Sequence record: PZ386953.1
Source of the DNA: a phage
DNA length: 64,000 nt
Reading direction: 5' to 3' (one strand)
In this document: positions 28,201 to 36,884 of the stretch, in pieces
Position numbering within the stretch: the first letter of the stretch is position 1
Layout of the letters: each line of letters begins with the position of its first letter
Made by a program: the position numbers and the translations under genes
Notes under the pieces: generated by a model
Told to the model about the DNA's origin: nothing
The model's database searches: none
The model's input: the letters and a program-made list of their open reading frames with translations, nothing else

Positions 28201-29083
28201 TAGCCGTGAAGGTTTCTATCACCAAAGTTCAAACGCTGACGCACTTGTAATAGATCGCCACTACCCTGCTCCGTACGCTGGTACACTGCTTGTTTACAAA
28301 AACACAGCTAACAGACCTCAAGGTTGTGTGCAGGAATATATCACCTATTTTGGTGACAGATATACTCGTGCTGGTAACTACGTTGGCGATGTCTTTACTT
28401 GGGAAGAATGGAGACACGATGCTGGTAAAGGCATTCAGTTAAGACCTAATCACACTTTTGGTGAAACCAGTAATCAACTGGAAATTCATGTCGGTGCTAA
28501 TAGTCTTTCTAGCAACGCCGATAACTTACCTACCAATACAGGTAGAATGTTCTATTGGGGTAACGCAGACAGGAAGAACGTGCTTGAGTTTCAGGTAAAC
28601 GACAACGCTGCATCTGCTAGCTGGGTATTCCACTGTGGCACTAGGTCAGACGAGGCTAAGTCAAGATATTTTGCTGTCAACGGTGTAGTAGAGTGCACCA
28701 CTGTGAGCCAGAGCTCTGATAGAGACCTGAAGGACAATATAGAGGTTATTCCTAACGCGCTGGAAGCTATCCGTAAGATGAAGGGCTATACCTACACTTT
28801 AAAAGAGAATGGTATGCCTCACGCGGGGGTAATTGCTCAAGAGGTCATGGAAGCATTGCCAGAGGCAGTAGGGTCTTTCGTGAAAAGGAAGGAAATCCCA
28901 AATCCTGATCAAGATGGAACTCCTTTGATAACAGAAGAAAGGTTCTATAACGTTGACTACGCAGCTGTAACAGGCTTGCTTGTCCAGGTTTGCAGGGAAC
29001 AGGACGATAAAATAACCGCCCTTGAGGAGCAGGTTAAAAAATTGACAGAGGTTGTTACTGGGTTGCAAGAGAAACTGAAGTAA
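25271..29083 (+). CDS. tail fibre/tailspike with C-terminal intramolecular chaperone (peptidase S74-like) domain
   Basis: 1270 aa; C-terminus SSDRDLKDNIEVIPNALEAIRKMKGYTYTL...GVIAQEV...VDYAAVTGLL...coiled coil matches the self-cleaving chaperone domain of endosialidase/L-shaped fibres (from memory). Confidence 0.75.
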   Translation: MADIKVVRIESLPATTAVTEDDYLVVQQPDLTRRVKIGDVVHVDGTVSHVISFKEGGKLNGPMDFAYFEEEDLYLRWKGEFPHTVPALSSPYSDGGITDAAWMVYTDPSLREELESTIGASMIMTAEGQSVQDVMDVTVQTANDAKALAQRVDFGTVHTVGDVIHLVNFVGPAVIEEGRTTNYPSVAAGERFLNGVVSRRDTTTVDGIFRGATTGAMYTIAVTNGVATTKRIALRDEFKRLEANNPTRTVIRAGDDLNTAGYLQLDATGRWGMWNQQTASWQPLAIEQGGTGARDAAGVRINIGAFYKQRAALEPNFNINNLTGNQDGVYYQPITAYATEANGYPAGSGAGHLIVWQNNANGGTGCRQEYYPFSNVDVWYLRTYQANTNQWTAWQPMVRPRNDDTFRSHIGLGKNNSPAFGHLYLAQYSGDVKSASGILHGDKYNTDGVLEHGYRIYSEVRNDNKAWLTIHLHKGAKGSETHRYLGFREDGVLDCPKYMQVGDLNGQMANWGLGEWIRSSEAERGFWGSKKAAKMVIWDGGMDEQGEGTLEWGVYNNRKAKWEPLPIACGGTSARTVGDAQAQFRIPLAAGARPYVNLPRTAAMQDGKYYPIIVRTDPNFAATIGTDLTIVTRSSSGGDPMNCATLQCHYRTGGWTDRGDSFQGVINFYQNERAILGCVSPTRGKQEYVAFYVEARAFPVTVYAGATVIEVSTREADWQVGNVTGNQDGVKFCAPLESADLSLAIKGDDVTNTRPLVEFKGTSGFYTGGGTMWHYLGTPERYAVMSKMNMPKVELWADGIDYICPGSQTTRKALFSNAGFQAASEGTEDLINNTFTSKCGNGARLQGQAEFRSTPEAGQVIVRDVVGTAHKFYNFNKDGTFFPPGGYVCQTGADWNNQFGNTNPSKIMAGNVNGPEGSMVVGGLSVAFSGNYAFQMAGRLDQLYTRSIEGGNHRAWNKVIQHRGQGLGTEDLNAYDGSREGFYHQSSNADALVIDRHYPAPYAGTLLVYKNTANRPQGCVQEYITYFGDRYTRAGNYVGDVFTWEEWRHDAGKGIQLRPNHTFGETSNQLEIHVGANSLSSNADNLPTNTGRMFYWGNADRKNVLEFQVNDNAASASWVFHCGTRSDEAKSRYFAVNGVVECTTVSQSSDRDLKDNIEVIPNALEAIRKMKGYTYTLKENGMPHAGVIAQEVMEALPEAVGSFVKRKEIPNPDQDGTPLITEERFYNVDYAAVTGLLVQVCREQDDKITALEEQVKKLTEVVTGLQEKLK

Positions 29084-29090
29084 CTGTTTT

Positions 29091-29118
29091 GCCCTCGCTT
29101 CGGCGGGGGCTTTTTGTT
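29091..29118 (+). terminator. intrinsic terminator
   Basis: GCCCTCGC-TTCG-GCGGGGGC hairpin followed by TTTTTGTTTG. Confidence 0.65.
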
Positions 29119-29122
29119 TGTA

Positions 29123-29151
29123 TTGCGTATTAACTCAAAATCTGGTAAAAT
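29123..29151 (+). promoter_or_regulatory. sigma70-like promoter TTGCGT-17-TAAAAT with TGG extended -10
   Basis: -35 TTGCGT 29123-29128, spacer ending TGG, -10 TAAAAT 29146-29151. Confidence 0.45.
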
Positions 29152-29182
29152 AACTATCATGATTGTTTAACCTGGAGGCACA

Positions 29183-29773
29183 ATGTTTTTATGGGAAAGG
29201 CCTAGATACCTTCCAGATATTAGATTGGAGCTGCTGGCAGATATTGTTACGTTTAAAAGTCCGTTTACAGGTAAAACGCAAAAAGTGACCTATGCCACAC
29301 CTAACTGGAAAGGCACTTTGACGGTTTCCAATATCAGCGAGTCACAGTTGCTAGAGCTTAAGAGCTTTGTTGATCAGGTGTATAAAGACGGGAACATTTT
29401 TCTTATTAAAACGTACGGTCACTCAGTTACAGCTAATGAGCCAATCGCCCTTGGGCCTACTGGTAACGACGATTTTTTGAAGACGGTTGGGTGGGAGCCA
29501 AACAGAGACATAGCTAGAGCTGGGGATAAAATATCTGTCAATGATGAATTGAAAGTGGTAACAGCTCCAGTGCGTAGCGATGGTGTTGGGTCTGCTGTTA
29601 TAAGCATATCTCCAAGACTTAGAAAACCTATTGCCGCAGGGGACACTATGAAGATAATAACTCAATCCCCTAAGGGTAGGTTTCATATCAGAGATATTTA
29701 TAAAATTAAGCAAAAAGTCGATGCTATGCAAAAAGGTGATAATATAGTTATCAACTTCTTTGAGGATTTCTAA
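29183..29773 (+). CDS. tail/baseplate structural protein
   Basis: 196-aa ORF with GGAGG SD downstream of promoter. Confidence 0.45.
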   Translation: MFLWERPRYLPDIRLELLADIVTFKSPFTGKTQKVTYATPNWKGTLTVSNISESQLLELKSFVDQVYKDGNIFLIKTYGHSVTANEPIALGPTGNDDFLKTVGWEPNRDIARAGDKISVNDELKVVTAPVRSDGVGSAVISISPRLRKPIAAGDTMKIITQSPKGRFHIRDIYKIKQKVDAMQKGDNIVINFFEDF

Positions 29774-29774
29774 G

Positions 29775-30326
29775 ATGATCAGAGCGCCATTAGATAATTT
29801 ATTTCTTGAAAAGCTGGAGCTTGATGGTGTTGAGATCTTAATTGCTGCAAAGCTGGAGCTACCGACAGGAACTGTCAGGGTGTGCTCAGGCACTGGTGTT
29901 GTAGTAATTGAGGGGCAACATTTTATAGGGATAGGTGGATCAGCAACGTTAACTGCTGTGTCTGAGAAAGATGCCACCAACTTCGGATCTGTGGTAGCGA
30001 CATTGAACGGGTTTGATCCTAAGTATGTGGGTGATCTTCTGAAGACGGAGTATTCTGGGTGTCGTGCCACGTTGTACATTACCGCTATGGAGAATGGTCT
30101 GCCTGTTACAACCAATGGCTTGTTTGACGGCCTTATAACAGATATGGCTATTCAGACGGGTGAGAATAGTGCTTTGTCCATATCCATTTCTTCCATCTTC
30201 AACAGTTGGTTAAGAGGTTTTCCTTATCGGTACACGGAGGAAAGCCACAGCTCAAGAAACGATAATGACAGATTTTTTAAATATGTGGATCAGGTGGCGA
30301 GCCGCCCGATCATTTGGGAGGTTTAA
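29775..30326 (+). CDS. tail/baseplate structural protein
   Basis: ATG 29775 with GAGGA SD right after upstream stop; track ORF starts at an in-frame TTG 29760. Confidence 0.45.
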   Translation: MIRAPLDNLFLEKLELDGVEILIAAKLELPTGTVRVCSGTGVVVIEGQHFIGIGGSATLTAVSEKDATNFGSVVATLNGFDPKYVGDLLKTEYSGCRATLYITAMENGLPVTTNGLFDGLITDMAIQTGENSALSISISSIFNSWLRGFPYRYTEESHSSRNDNDRFFKYVDQVASRPIIWEV

Positions 30327-30751
30327 TGAGCACACACCCTCGTTTAGTGGATTGGCAAGAAAGATTGTGGAAAGTGTTTGACGAAGAGGCCACCATACCT
30401 TTTGAATGGGGATTCCACGATTGCTGCACCTTTGCAGCTAAGTGTGTTGATGCCCAATACGGAACAGATTTTCTTTCTAACTTCGAAGGAACGTATAAAA
30501 CAGAGTTGGAAAGCAAAAGATGGTGCATGCTCCGTTTCAAAACCACACACCTGCCTACTATTTTTGATCTCTTTATGACTCGACTAGATACTCCTAAACA
30601 GGTTCAGCGTGGCGATATTGTTATCTTCGAAGGTCTGAACGGGCTCACCGCTGGTGTGTTCTGGAACAACCAGATTTTGGCGAAAGGTGATAAAGGGGTC
30701 TTTATGTTCGACATGAAAGATTCTATAGTTGTTGATGTCTGGAGGTATTAA
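30326..30751 (+). CDS. tail/baseplate protein with conserved Cys (FHDCC)
   Basis: ATG 30326 overlapping upstream stop with GGGAGG SD; NlpC/P60-like catalytic Cys context is only a weak by-eye resemblance. Confidence 0.4.
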   Translation: MSTHPRLVDWQERLWKVFDEEATIPFEWGFHDCCTFAAKCVDAQYGTDFLSNFEGTYKTELESKRWCMLRFKTTHLPTIFDLFMTRLDTPKQVQRGDIVIFEGLNGLTAGVFWNNQILAKGDKGVFMFDMKDSIVVDVWRY

Positions 30752-33700
30752 TGCCAATTGCAATGATTGATAACATCGTTGCTTCTGCAAGATCTTCAAG
30801 TTATGACTGGAACGCATCCAAGGCAGCTCTGGCTGACAGCCTGAACACTGTTACCACCAGAACTCTGGATAAGATTTTTGAGGGCAACAAATCTTACAGA
30901 AGTCAGCAAGATAGACAAAAGCTTCTCAGATCTTCTGCTGCACCCTGCTCTGTAGTGTATGGGAAGACACGCACATCCGGATTGCTTGCGTTTTTGGAGC
31001 AGGATAGCGACAGAACCCTCCATTGTGCTATTGTTCTTGCCAATCACCCTCTGGAAGGTATAGAAGATATACTTATCGACGGTAATCCTATTTCCTCGTA
31101 TGGAGATCTGGTATCGTGGGAGCTACATAACGACAGAAAAACATCTGATCCTTTCATGGGTACACACTGCCCATCATGGTCACCCGATATGATAGGTAGA
31201 GGGATCAGTTGGCTACGTGCCAGCTTCAGGTTTGACCCTAACAAGTTTCCTTTTGGGTTGCCAAACGTTACACTTGTCAAGGTTGGTAAAAAATGCTATG
31301 ATCCTCGTACCAGTAAAGAGGTGTATACCAATAACGCGGCCTTGGTGATCCTAGACTATTTAAGAACGTACCTTAAATGTCCTGACGAAACCATCAACTG
31401 GGAGTCCTTCAAGGAGGCTGCCAATATATGCGACGAGGCGGTAAAAAACGCAGACGGAACCAGCGAGAGCCGTTACACAATTAATGGCGAGTTCGATATG
31501 GATGAGGCCCCAGCAAGTATTATGGCAGAAATGCTGAAAGCTTGTGGCGCAGATCTCAGCTATGTAGCTGGTAAATATGGTTTGCTGGTTGGTGCATACT
31601 ATGGCCCGGCAACAATGACACTGAGTGAGGACTGTGTCTGTGGTGAGGTCAAGATCTATCCGGAAGCCTCATTTGACAAAAGATCCAACACAATAACTGG
31701 CAGATTCACTAGTCCTGCCAAAGGGTATTCTGAAACAGATTTTCCATCAGTGTTTGTCCCAGAGTGGATAGAGAAGGATGGAGAAAGAAAGATAATCGAT
31801 ATAGACTATCGCTTTGTTACCAGTCCTTATCAAGCTCAGCGTGTTTCTGCAATCTTCCTAAGACGTGCCAGAGCTGGCAGGATTATTGAAGTCACCTGCA
31901 ATATGCGAGGTTTCAAATTTAAACCTGGTCGTTACGTTACAATGGACCTCCCAAGTATTGGTATAGTGGGCCAAGAAATGAGAGTTCTTGAATGGGAGTT
32001 TACTAAAAAGGGTGGTGTCAAGGTAAAACTTCGTCAGGATGCTAAAGAGTGGAATGATGCCACAGGGCAACTTCCGGATTCTGGCGATGTAGATATTCCA
32101 ATATCTCCATCTGGTGTAGCTCAACCGCAAAACTTCAGATATTCCGTTCTCCAAGCTGGAGAAGTAACTCACGGTGTTTTGGCTTGGGACAACGTTGGGA
32201 CATACGCTCAAAATATTGTGCAGGTAAGAAAGAACGGAGAGATTGTTTGGACAGCACAGACAGTTGAGCAGTTTGTCCGTGTTGAGGGTCTGACTAAAGG
32301 ATTCTACACAGCCACTGTTGTTGCAACATCTTATAAAGGTGGTGTATCTCCGGAAGCATATTGTGAGTTCAACATTCAGGCACCTGAAGCTCCTGTTTCT
32401 GTGGAGGTTAAACAGGGATACTTTGCTATTACCCTGATCCCGCACAGCAGAGACTTGGCTAGTGTAAGCACCCAGTACGACTTTTGGACATCTGGGATGA
32501 CAAGATTGCCAGATACCAGTGATGCAACCGTTACTTCAAAAGCCACGCGTATGGGTGTTGGTTCAACTTGGACATCTGAAGGTCTGCAGAACGATAAGAT
32601 TTATTATTGGTACATTAGAACCACAAACGCTTTTGGTAGTTCTCAGTTTGTAGAATGCGCTGCACGCTGCTATACATCCATTGAAGATCTGATGCCTCAG
32701 ATAGATGCTGAATTTAAAAAGACAGAAACTTATAAAGAGTTGATGAGCACTTTAGATTCCTCTATCGAAGAGGTTGAAAATCGGGTCACAGAGCTCAATA
32801 AATACATGGATGGTAGGGTAGATGAAGCATTCCAGCAACTCGGAGATAGGATAGGCGCGGTAGTTACAGAGACAACTCAGAAGTTTGAGGATGTCAATGG
32901 TAACATTACAGCACTGGATAAGAAACTTGTTGCTGCACAAAATAAGTTTACTAACGACCTGAACACTGAAAGTGGTAGACTGGCATCCCTGATCGAGACA
33001 ACCAATAAAGCAACTACTGATCTTTTGAACAAAAAGACAGAGGCTTTAGATGAAAAATTGGTTGCCGCCAAGGGTGAGCTGGTAGAGCAAATAGGGGGTG
33101 TTGAGAGCGGATACCTTGCTGGAGATAAAACTCTAGATGGCAAGATCAATACTCAGAGAACAGAGCTTGATGCAAGTATCCTAAGCACCAACAAGGCAAC
33201 AGTGGATCTTTTGAACAAGACCTCTGAAACCCTGGATCAAAAGATTAGTCAGACAAATGCGACGGTATCTAAGAACTATACCACGTTAGATGGTAAGATA
33301 ACCACTGCAAAAACTGATCTCAATACTTTGATCGCTAATACCAATAAGGCCACCACAGATTTATTGAATCAGAAAACATCTGCACTGTCAGAGCAGATAA
33401 CTTCTGCCCGTGGAGAGATCTCTACCAACAAGCAGGCAATTAAGGACTTGGATGGGAAACTTACCTCCACAAAAACAGCACTTGATGCTACAATTTCTGA
33501 TACTAATAAAGCCACTGTGGATCTTATTAACGGTACCGCGTCAGCTATTCGCCAAGAACTTGCGGTTGCTAAACAGGAAATAATTGATGATGTTGGTGAT
33601 GTATCTGAGCTTAGAGCTGCAGTAGCTACAACATCTAAGGCTGTAACCGACTTAGAGGGCAAAGTAAATGCTCAATGGGGAACAAAGATACAGGTAGACT

Positions 33701-34590
33701 CCGCAGGGAATAAGTATGTTGCAGGTATCCAGCTGGGCATGGAGGGGTCTGGGGGACAAGTTCAATCATACTTCATGGTTAGTGCAAACAACTTTGCGGT
33801 ATACAACCCCGGAAACGGAACAGCAACCCTTGCTTTCGCAATCAAGAACAACCAAGCGTTCTTGAAAGACGCTTTTATAGAGAATGGCACAATCTCCTCT
33901 GCCAAGATTGCACAAGAAATTTCGTCAAACAACTACGATGGCAACGGGTACCATAAATACGGTTGGTATATTAACAAGAACGGGCATGCCCAATTTATGG
34001 ATGTGTGGGTGAAAGGCAACATTAACGCCAGTTCTGGTAACTTCACAGGGGCAGTTAACGCCACTAGTGGTACCTTCCGTGGAGATGTTTATGCCAATAA
34101 TGGTAGCTTTAGAGGCACCATAGATGCAACCGGAGGTACATTCCGTGGTCGTGTAGAAGCTTCTGTTATCCGTGCTAACCAGTTTGAAGGTGCAATTGTT
34201 GCACACAGGACTTACGGAGATTGTGCTCCAGTATATAACTCCCAGCAGAGGGTTTGCCGTTGGAGGTGGAGATACGTAGATAACGTTTCAGGTCAAGGTA
34301 AGAACGTAACATTCTTCTTTAAACTGAACGGTACTCGTGCCAACTCCCAACTAAATGCGTGGATAGCTGGTCATCAACTCCTTGCTGGCAAGAAGTACGG
34401 AAACGACAATGATGGCATGTGTGCAGTTGGGATAACAGGTCTAGGTGAACAGACTATAGACATTATTATTGAAATCTACACCCCGTGGTCAACGTCAAAC
34501 GTGACAGGTATTACAATATCCTGTCCTACTGTGGTTGTTAGTCGTTCTAACTCCAGCTTCCAGGGACCTTGGAACGAGTCTCACGACTAA
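30751..34590 (+). CDS. large central-fibre/tail fibre protein with internal coiled-coil repeats
   Basis: 1279 aa; four degenerate ~55-60-aa repeats (TNKAT[TV]DL[LI]N...); Gly-rich C-terminal beta-like repeats (SGNFTGAVNATSGTFRG). Confidence 0.55.
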   Translation: MPIAMIDNIVASARSSSYDWNASKAALADSLNTVTTRTLDKIFEGNKSYRSQQDRQKLLRSSAAPCSVVYGKTRTSGLLAFLEQDSDRTLHCAIVLANHPLEGIEDILIDGNPISSYGDLVSWELHNDRKTSDPFMGTHCPSWSPDMIGRGISWLRASFRFDPNKFPFGLPNVTLVKVGKKCYDPRTSKEVYTNNAALVILDYLRTYLKCPDETINWESFKEAANICDEAVKNADGTSESRYTINGEFDMDEAPASIMAEMLKACGADLSYVAGKYGLLVGAYYGPATMTLSEDCVCGEVKIYPEASFDKRSNTITGRFTSPAKGYSETDFPSVFVPEWIEKDGERKIIDIDYRFVTSPYQAQRVSAIFLRRARAGRIIEVTCNMRGFKFKPGRYVTMDLPSIGIVGQEMRVLEWEFTKKGGVKVKLRQDAKEWNDATGQLPDSGDVDIPISPSGVAQPQNFRYSVLQAGEVTHGVLAWDNVGTYAQNIVQVRKNGEIVWTAQTVEQFVRVEGLTKGFYTATVVATSYKGGVSPEAYCEFNIQAPEAPVSVEVKQGYFAITLIPHSRDLASVSTQYDFWTSGMTRLPDTSDATVTSKATRMGVGSTWTSEGLQNDKIYYWYIRTTNAFGSSQFVECAARCYTSIEDLMPQIDAEFKKTETYKELMSTLDSSIEEVENRVTELNKYMDGRVDEAFQQLGDRIGAVVTETTQKFEDVNGNITALDKKLVAAQNKFTNDLNTESGRLASLIETTNKATTDLLNKKTEALDEKLVAAKGELVEQIGGVESGYLAGDKTLDGKINTQRTELDASILSTNKATVDLLNKTSETLDQKISQTNATVSKNYTTLDGKITTAKTDLNTLIANTNKATTDLLNQKTSALSEQITSARGEISTNKQAIKDLDGKLTSTKTALDATISDTNKATVDLINGTASAIRQELAVAKQEIIDDVGDVSELRAAVATTSKAVTDLEGKVNAQWGTKIQVDSAGNKYVAGIQLGMEGSGGQVQSYFMVSANNFAVYNPGNGTATLAFAIKNNQAFLKDAFIENGTISSAKIAQEISSNNYDGNGYHKYGWYINKNGHAQFMDVWVKGNINASSGNFTGAVNATSGTFRGDVYANNGSFRGTIDATGGTFRGRVEASVIRANQFEGAIVAHRTYGDCAPVYNSQQRVCRWRWRYVDNVSGQGKNVTFFFKLNGTRANSQLNAWIAGHQLLAGKKYGNDNDGMCAVGITGLGEQTIDIIIEIYTPWSTSNVTGITISCPTVVVSRSNSSFQGPWNESHD
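32990..33640 (+). repeat. four degenerate in-frame tandem repeats inside fibre gene
   Basis: Repeat units start near 33001, 33186, 33340, 33503; shared DNA core GGATCTTTTGAACAA in the first two. Confidence 0.5.
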
Positions 34591-34595
34591 CCTTT

Positions 34596-34626
34596 AAAGC
34601 CCCGCTTCGGCGGGGTTTATTTTTAT
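34596..34626 (+). terminator. intrinsic terminator
   Basis: AAAGCCCCGC-TTCG-GCGGGGTTT hairpin followed by TTTATTTTTAT. Confidence 0.7.
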
Positions 34627-34633
34627 GCTCAGA

Positions 34634-34662
34634 TTGACTATTGTTACAAAATTTGGTAAAAT
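34634..34662 (+). promoter_or_regulatory. sigma70-like promoter TTGACT-17-TAAAAT with TGG extended -10
   Basis: -35 TTGACT 34634-34639, spacer ending TGG, -10 TAAAAT 34657-34662. Confidence 0.55.
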
Positions 34663-34695
34663 ACCTTGTAGAGATTTTCATACCGGAGGAGTGAC

Positions 34696-36186
34696 GTGGC
34701 TAAGTATGGATTGACAGAGGCTGGTTTCGTTATACCAACCCTAAATGACCTAATCGTTGAAACTAAGCAAAGCCTGATCCGTGCTTTTGGCGAAAACTTC
34801 AACGTACAGAGTAACTCCGTTGCAGATAAGCTGACCACTATCTTCAACGAGCGAGAGTATCAACTTATTCTTATGGCAGCATCTGTATACGCATCACAGA
34901 CGCTGTATGGGGCAGAAGGTATTTACCTGGACGAACTTCTTGGAAGACAAGGTATTTACCGAAGAGGCCGTTCTAAATCATCAGGTACCTGCCAGTTGAC
35001 GATCAACACAACTGTGCCGTACAATATGATTTATGATTCCAAAACTTATACGCTGGATAGTGGCAACTTTGTTCTTAGCAATGATGTGCAAGTGGCAGGG
35101 AATCTTATTGCCCACAGAATAAATGCTCCAGACCTAAGGATTGGTAAATACAACTTTCAAATTACCAACCAGACAGATGGAAGTATCAAAACAAAAAGTT
35201 TGGTTTTAACAGATAAGGCTCTGGACTCTTCTGATCTGCCAAGCTTTTACGGAGAGATTAAGCAATTCATTGTCGATAATACAACCCTGTTGAACGACGA
35301 TTTGATTCAGATCGATATGTTGACAGGAACGTTGTGGATAGGGTACAATTCGAATCTTGATCAAGTTGGACTTAATAGTAGGGTAGATTTCAGAGTATCC
35401 CCGATTGTAGGGGAAAGAACCATCACCCTGGATGTTATCGCTAACGAGGCTGGTGAGCTGTCAAGAGAGGCAGAAACCGTGACAACAATGTCACCTACTC
35501 CCAGTGGATTTATCAAGCTTACCAACCGCGAAAGATTCAACGAGGGCAGGGATGTTGAGAAAGATTCCGAGTATCGCTTAAGAGCTTCCAGCACTAAACA
35601 GTTAACATCGAAGGCTACCCGTCCTGCAATCCTTAGCGCGGTAAGCGAGGTGAAAGGTGTTGAGAAAGTGAGAGTGTTCTCCAACAACACCGATAAAACT
35701 GATGCTAAAGGTATACCTCCTTACAAGTTCCAAGTGGTTGTGTTTGGTGGTGCAACGGAGGACATTTGCCAAGCACTTTACCAAACTATAGCCTGTACGA
35801 ACAGAACTTATGGTAATATTTTCTACGATGTAACTACATCTGACGGTCAAACTGAAAGAATTTATTATTCCAAGGCAAATACCTACCGCCTGGATGTAAG
35901 AATTACCTACTCAGGTGCTGCGCTTTCCACAACCGAAAAAGATGCCATTGTAGAGGCTCTTTTGCAGGTTGTTAACGGACTGGATGTTGCAGATACGTTG
36001 TACAATATCCAATTGGTTGGTGCTGCATCTGCTGCTGTGTCGATAGGTAGATTTAATAGACTGGTAATTCAAGTTAAACCTGTGGGGGCTTCTGATGAAG
36101 CTTACACTGCAAACGATATTGTTGCAAACATGACCGAGGTGTTTGACCTCGATGAAAGTAATATAACTTTCCAACAAACTATTTAA
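34696..36186 (+). CDS. tail/baseplate structural protein
   Basis: 496-aa ORF, GTG start with GGAGGAG SD. Confidence 0.45.
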   Translation: MAKYGLTEAGFVIPTLNDLIVETKQSLIRAFGENFNVQSNSVADKLTTIFNEREYQLILMAASVYASQTLYGAEGIYLDELLGRQGIYRRGRSKSSGTCQLTINTTVPYNMIYDSKTYTLDSGNFVLSNDVQVAGNLIAHRINAPDLRIGKYNFQITNQTDGSIKTKSLVLTDKALDSSDLPSFYGEIKQFIVDNTTLLNDDLIQIDMLTGTLWIGYNSNLDQVGLNSRVDFRVSPIVGERTITLDVIANEAGELSREAETVTTMSPTPSGFIKLTNRERFNEGRDVEKDSEYRLRASSTKQLTSKATRPAILSAVSEVKGVEKVRVFSNNTDKTDAKGIPPYKFQVVVFGGATEDICQALYQTIACTNRTYGNIFYDVTTSDGQTERIYYSKANTYRLDVRITYSGAALSTTEKDAIVEALLQVVNGLDVADTLYNIQLVGAASAAVSIGRFNRLVIQVKPVGASDEAYTANDIVANMTEVFDLDESNITFQQTI

Positions 36187-36197
36187 GGCGGCGAGAT

Positions 36198-36884
36198 ATG
36201 GCAGAGATTAAGTCGGATGTTAACCACATCCACACTCTGCCAGATTTTGTTCAGGGAGGTCTTGACTACCTGCCTGGAGATTTTCTGGCTGAGAAGGTTA
36301 ATTTAGTCACATTCTTAACCGTGTACCTTAAAAGGTTGGAGGATGTTGATAAGATGCTGGTAGGTTTGGCTGAAGGAAGATTGCTTAATAATGCCAGCGG
36401 AAGATACCTTGACGAAGTTGGTAATCAACTCGGTATTCTTAGGAATGGACTTTCAGATGCTGATTTTCGTGCCACACTAATTATTCAGCAGGCCGCAGCA
36501 TCAAGGGGCGGGACTCGCGAAGATGTCATCTCCACCTTGCGACAATTGTTCGGAAGAAACAATTTCGATACGTGGAAAGGAGACAACTTCAGGTTTGACA
36601 TAAATATTAGAAAAACTTGCTTTGACATATTGCAGTCTATTGATCAGATCTTAGACATGCTACCACTGCCTTGTCATTTGCGTCTTACAGAATCGCAAGG
36701 GCAAGCTTTTGGTTTTGAAGGTGACTCTACAGCTCTTGGCTTCGGATCAGTGTGGGAAGAAAACCAATTCGGAGTTGGTGGGCTGGCTACTTTGCTGTAT
36801 GTTCCTGACGTAAGACCTGATTGGGACACCACAACCATTTATTGTGAAAGTATTACAGTAAACGCAACTAGACAGGAGGGTTAA
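36198..36884 (+). CDS. tail/baseplate structural protein
   Basis: 228-aa ORF with AAGG SD. Confidence 0.45.
   Translation: MAEIKSDVNHIHTLPDFVQGGLDYLPGDFLAEKVNLVTFLTVYLKRLEDVDKMLVGLAEGRLLNNASGRYLDEVGNQLGILRNGLSDADFRATLIIQQAAASRGGTREDVISTLRQLFGRNNFDTWKGDNFRFDINIRKTCFDILQSIDQILDMLPLPCHLRLTESQGQAFGFEGDSTALGFGSVWEENQFGVGGLATLLYVPDVRPDWDTTTIYCESITVNATRQEG

Noticed and set aside
29423-30115. 230-aa minus-strand ORF antisense to tail genes (similar cases at 26039..26536, 27557..28075, 31858..32445, 54795..55283)
   Set aside because: All are embedded antisense frames within long, motif-supported genes.
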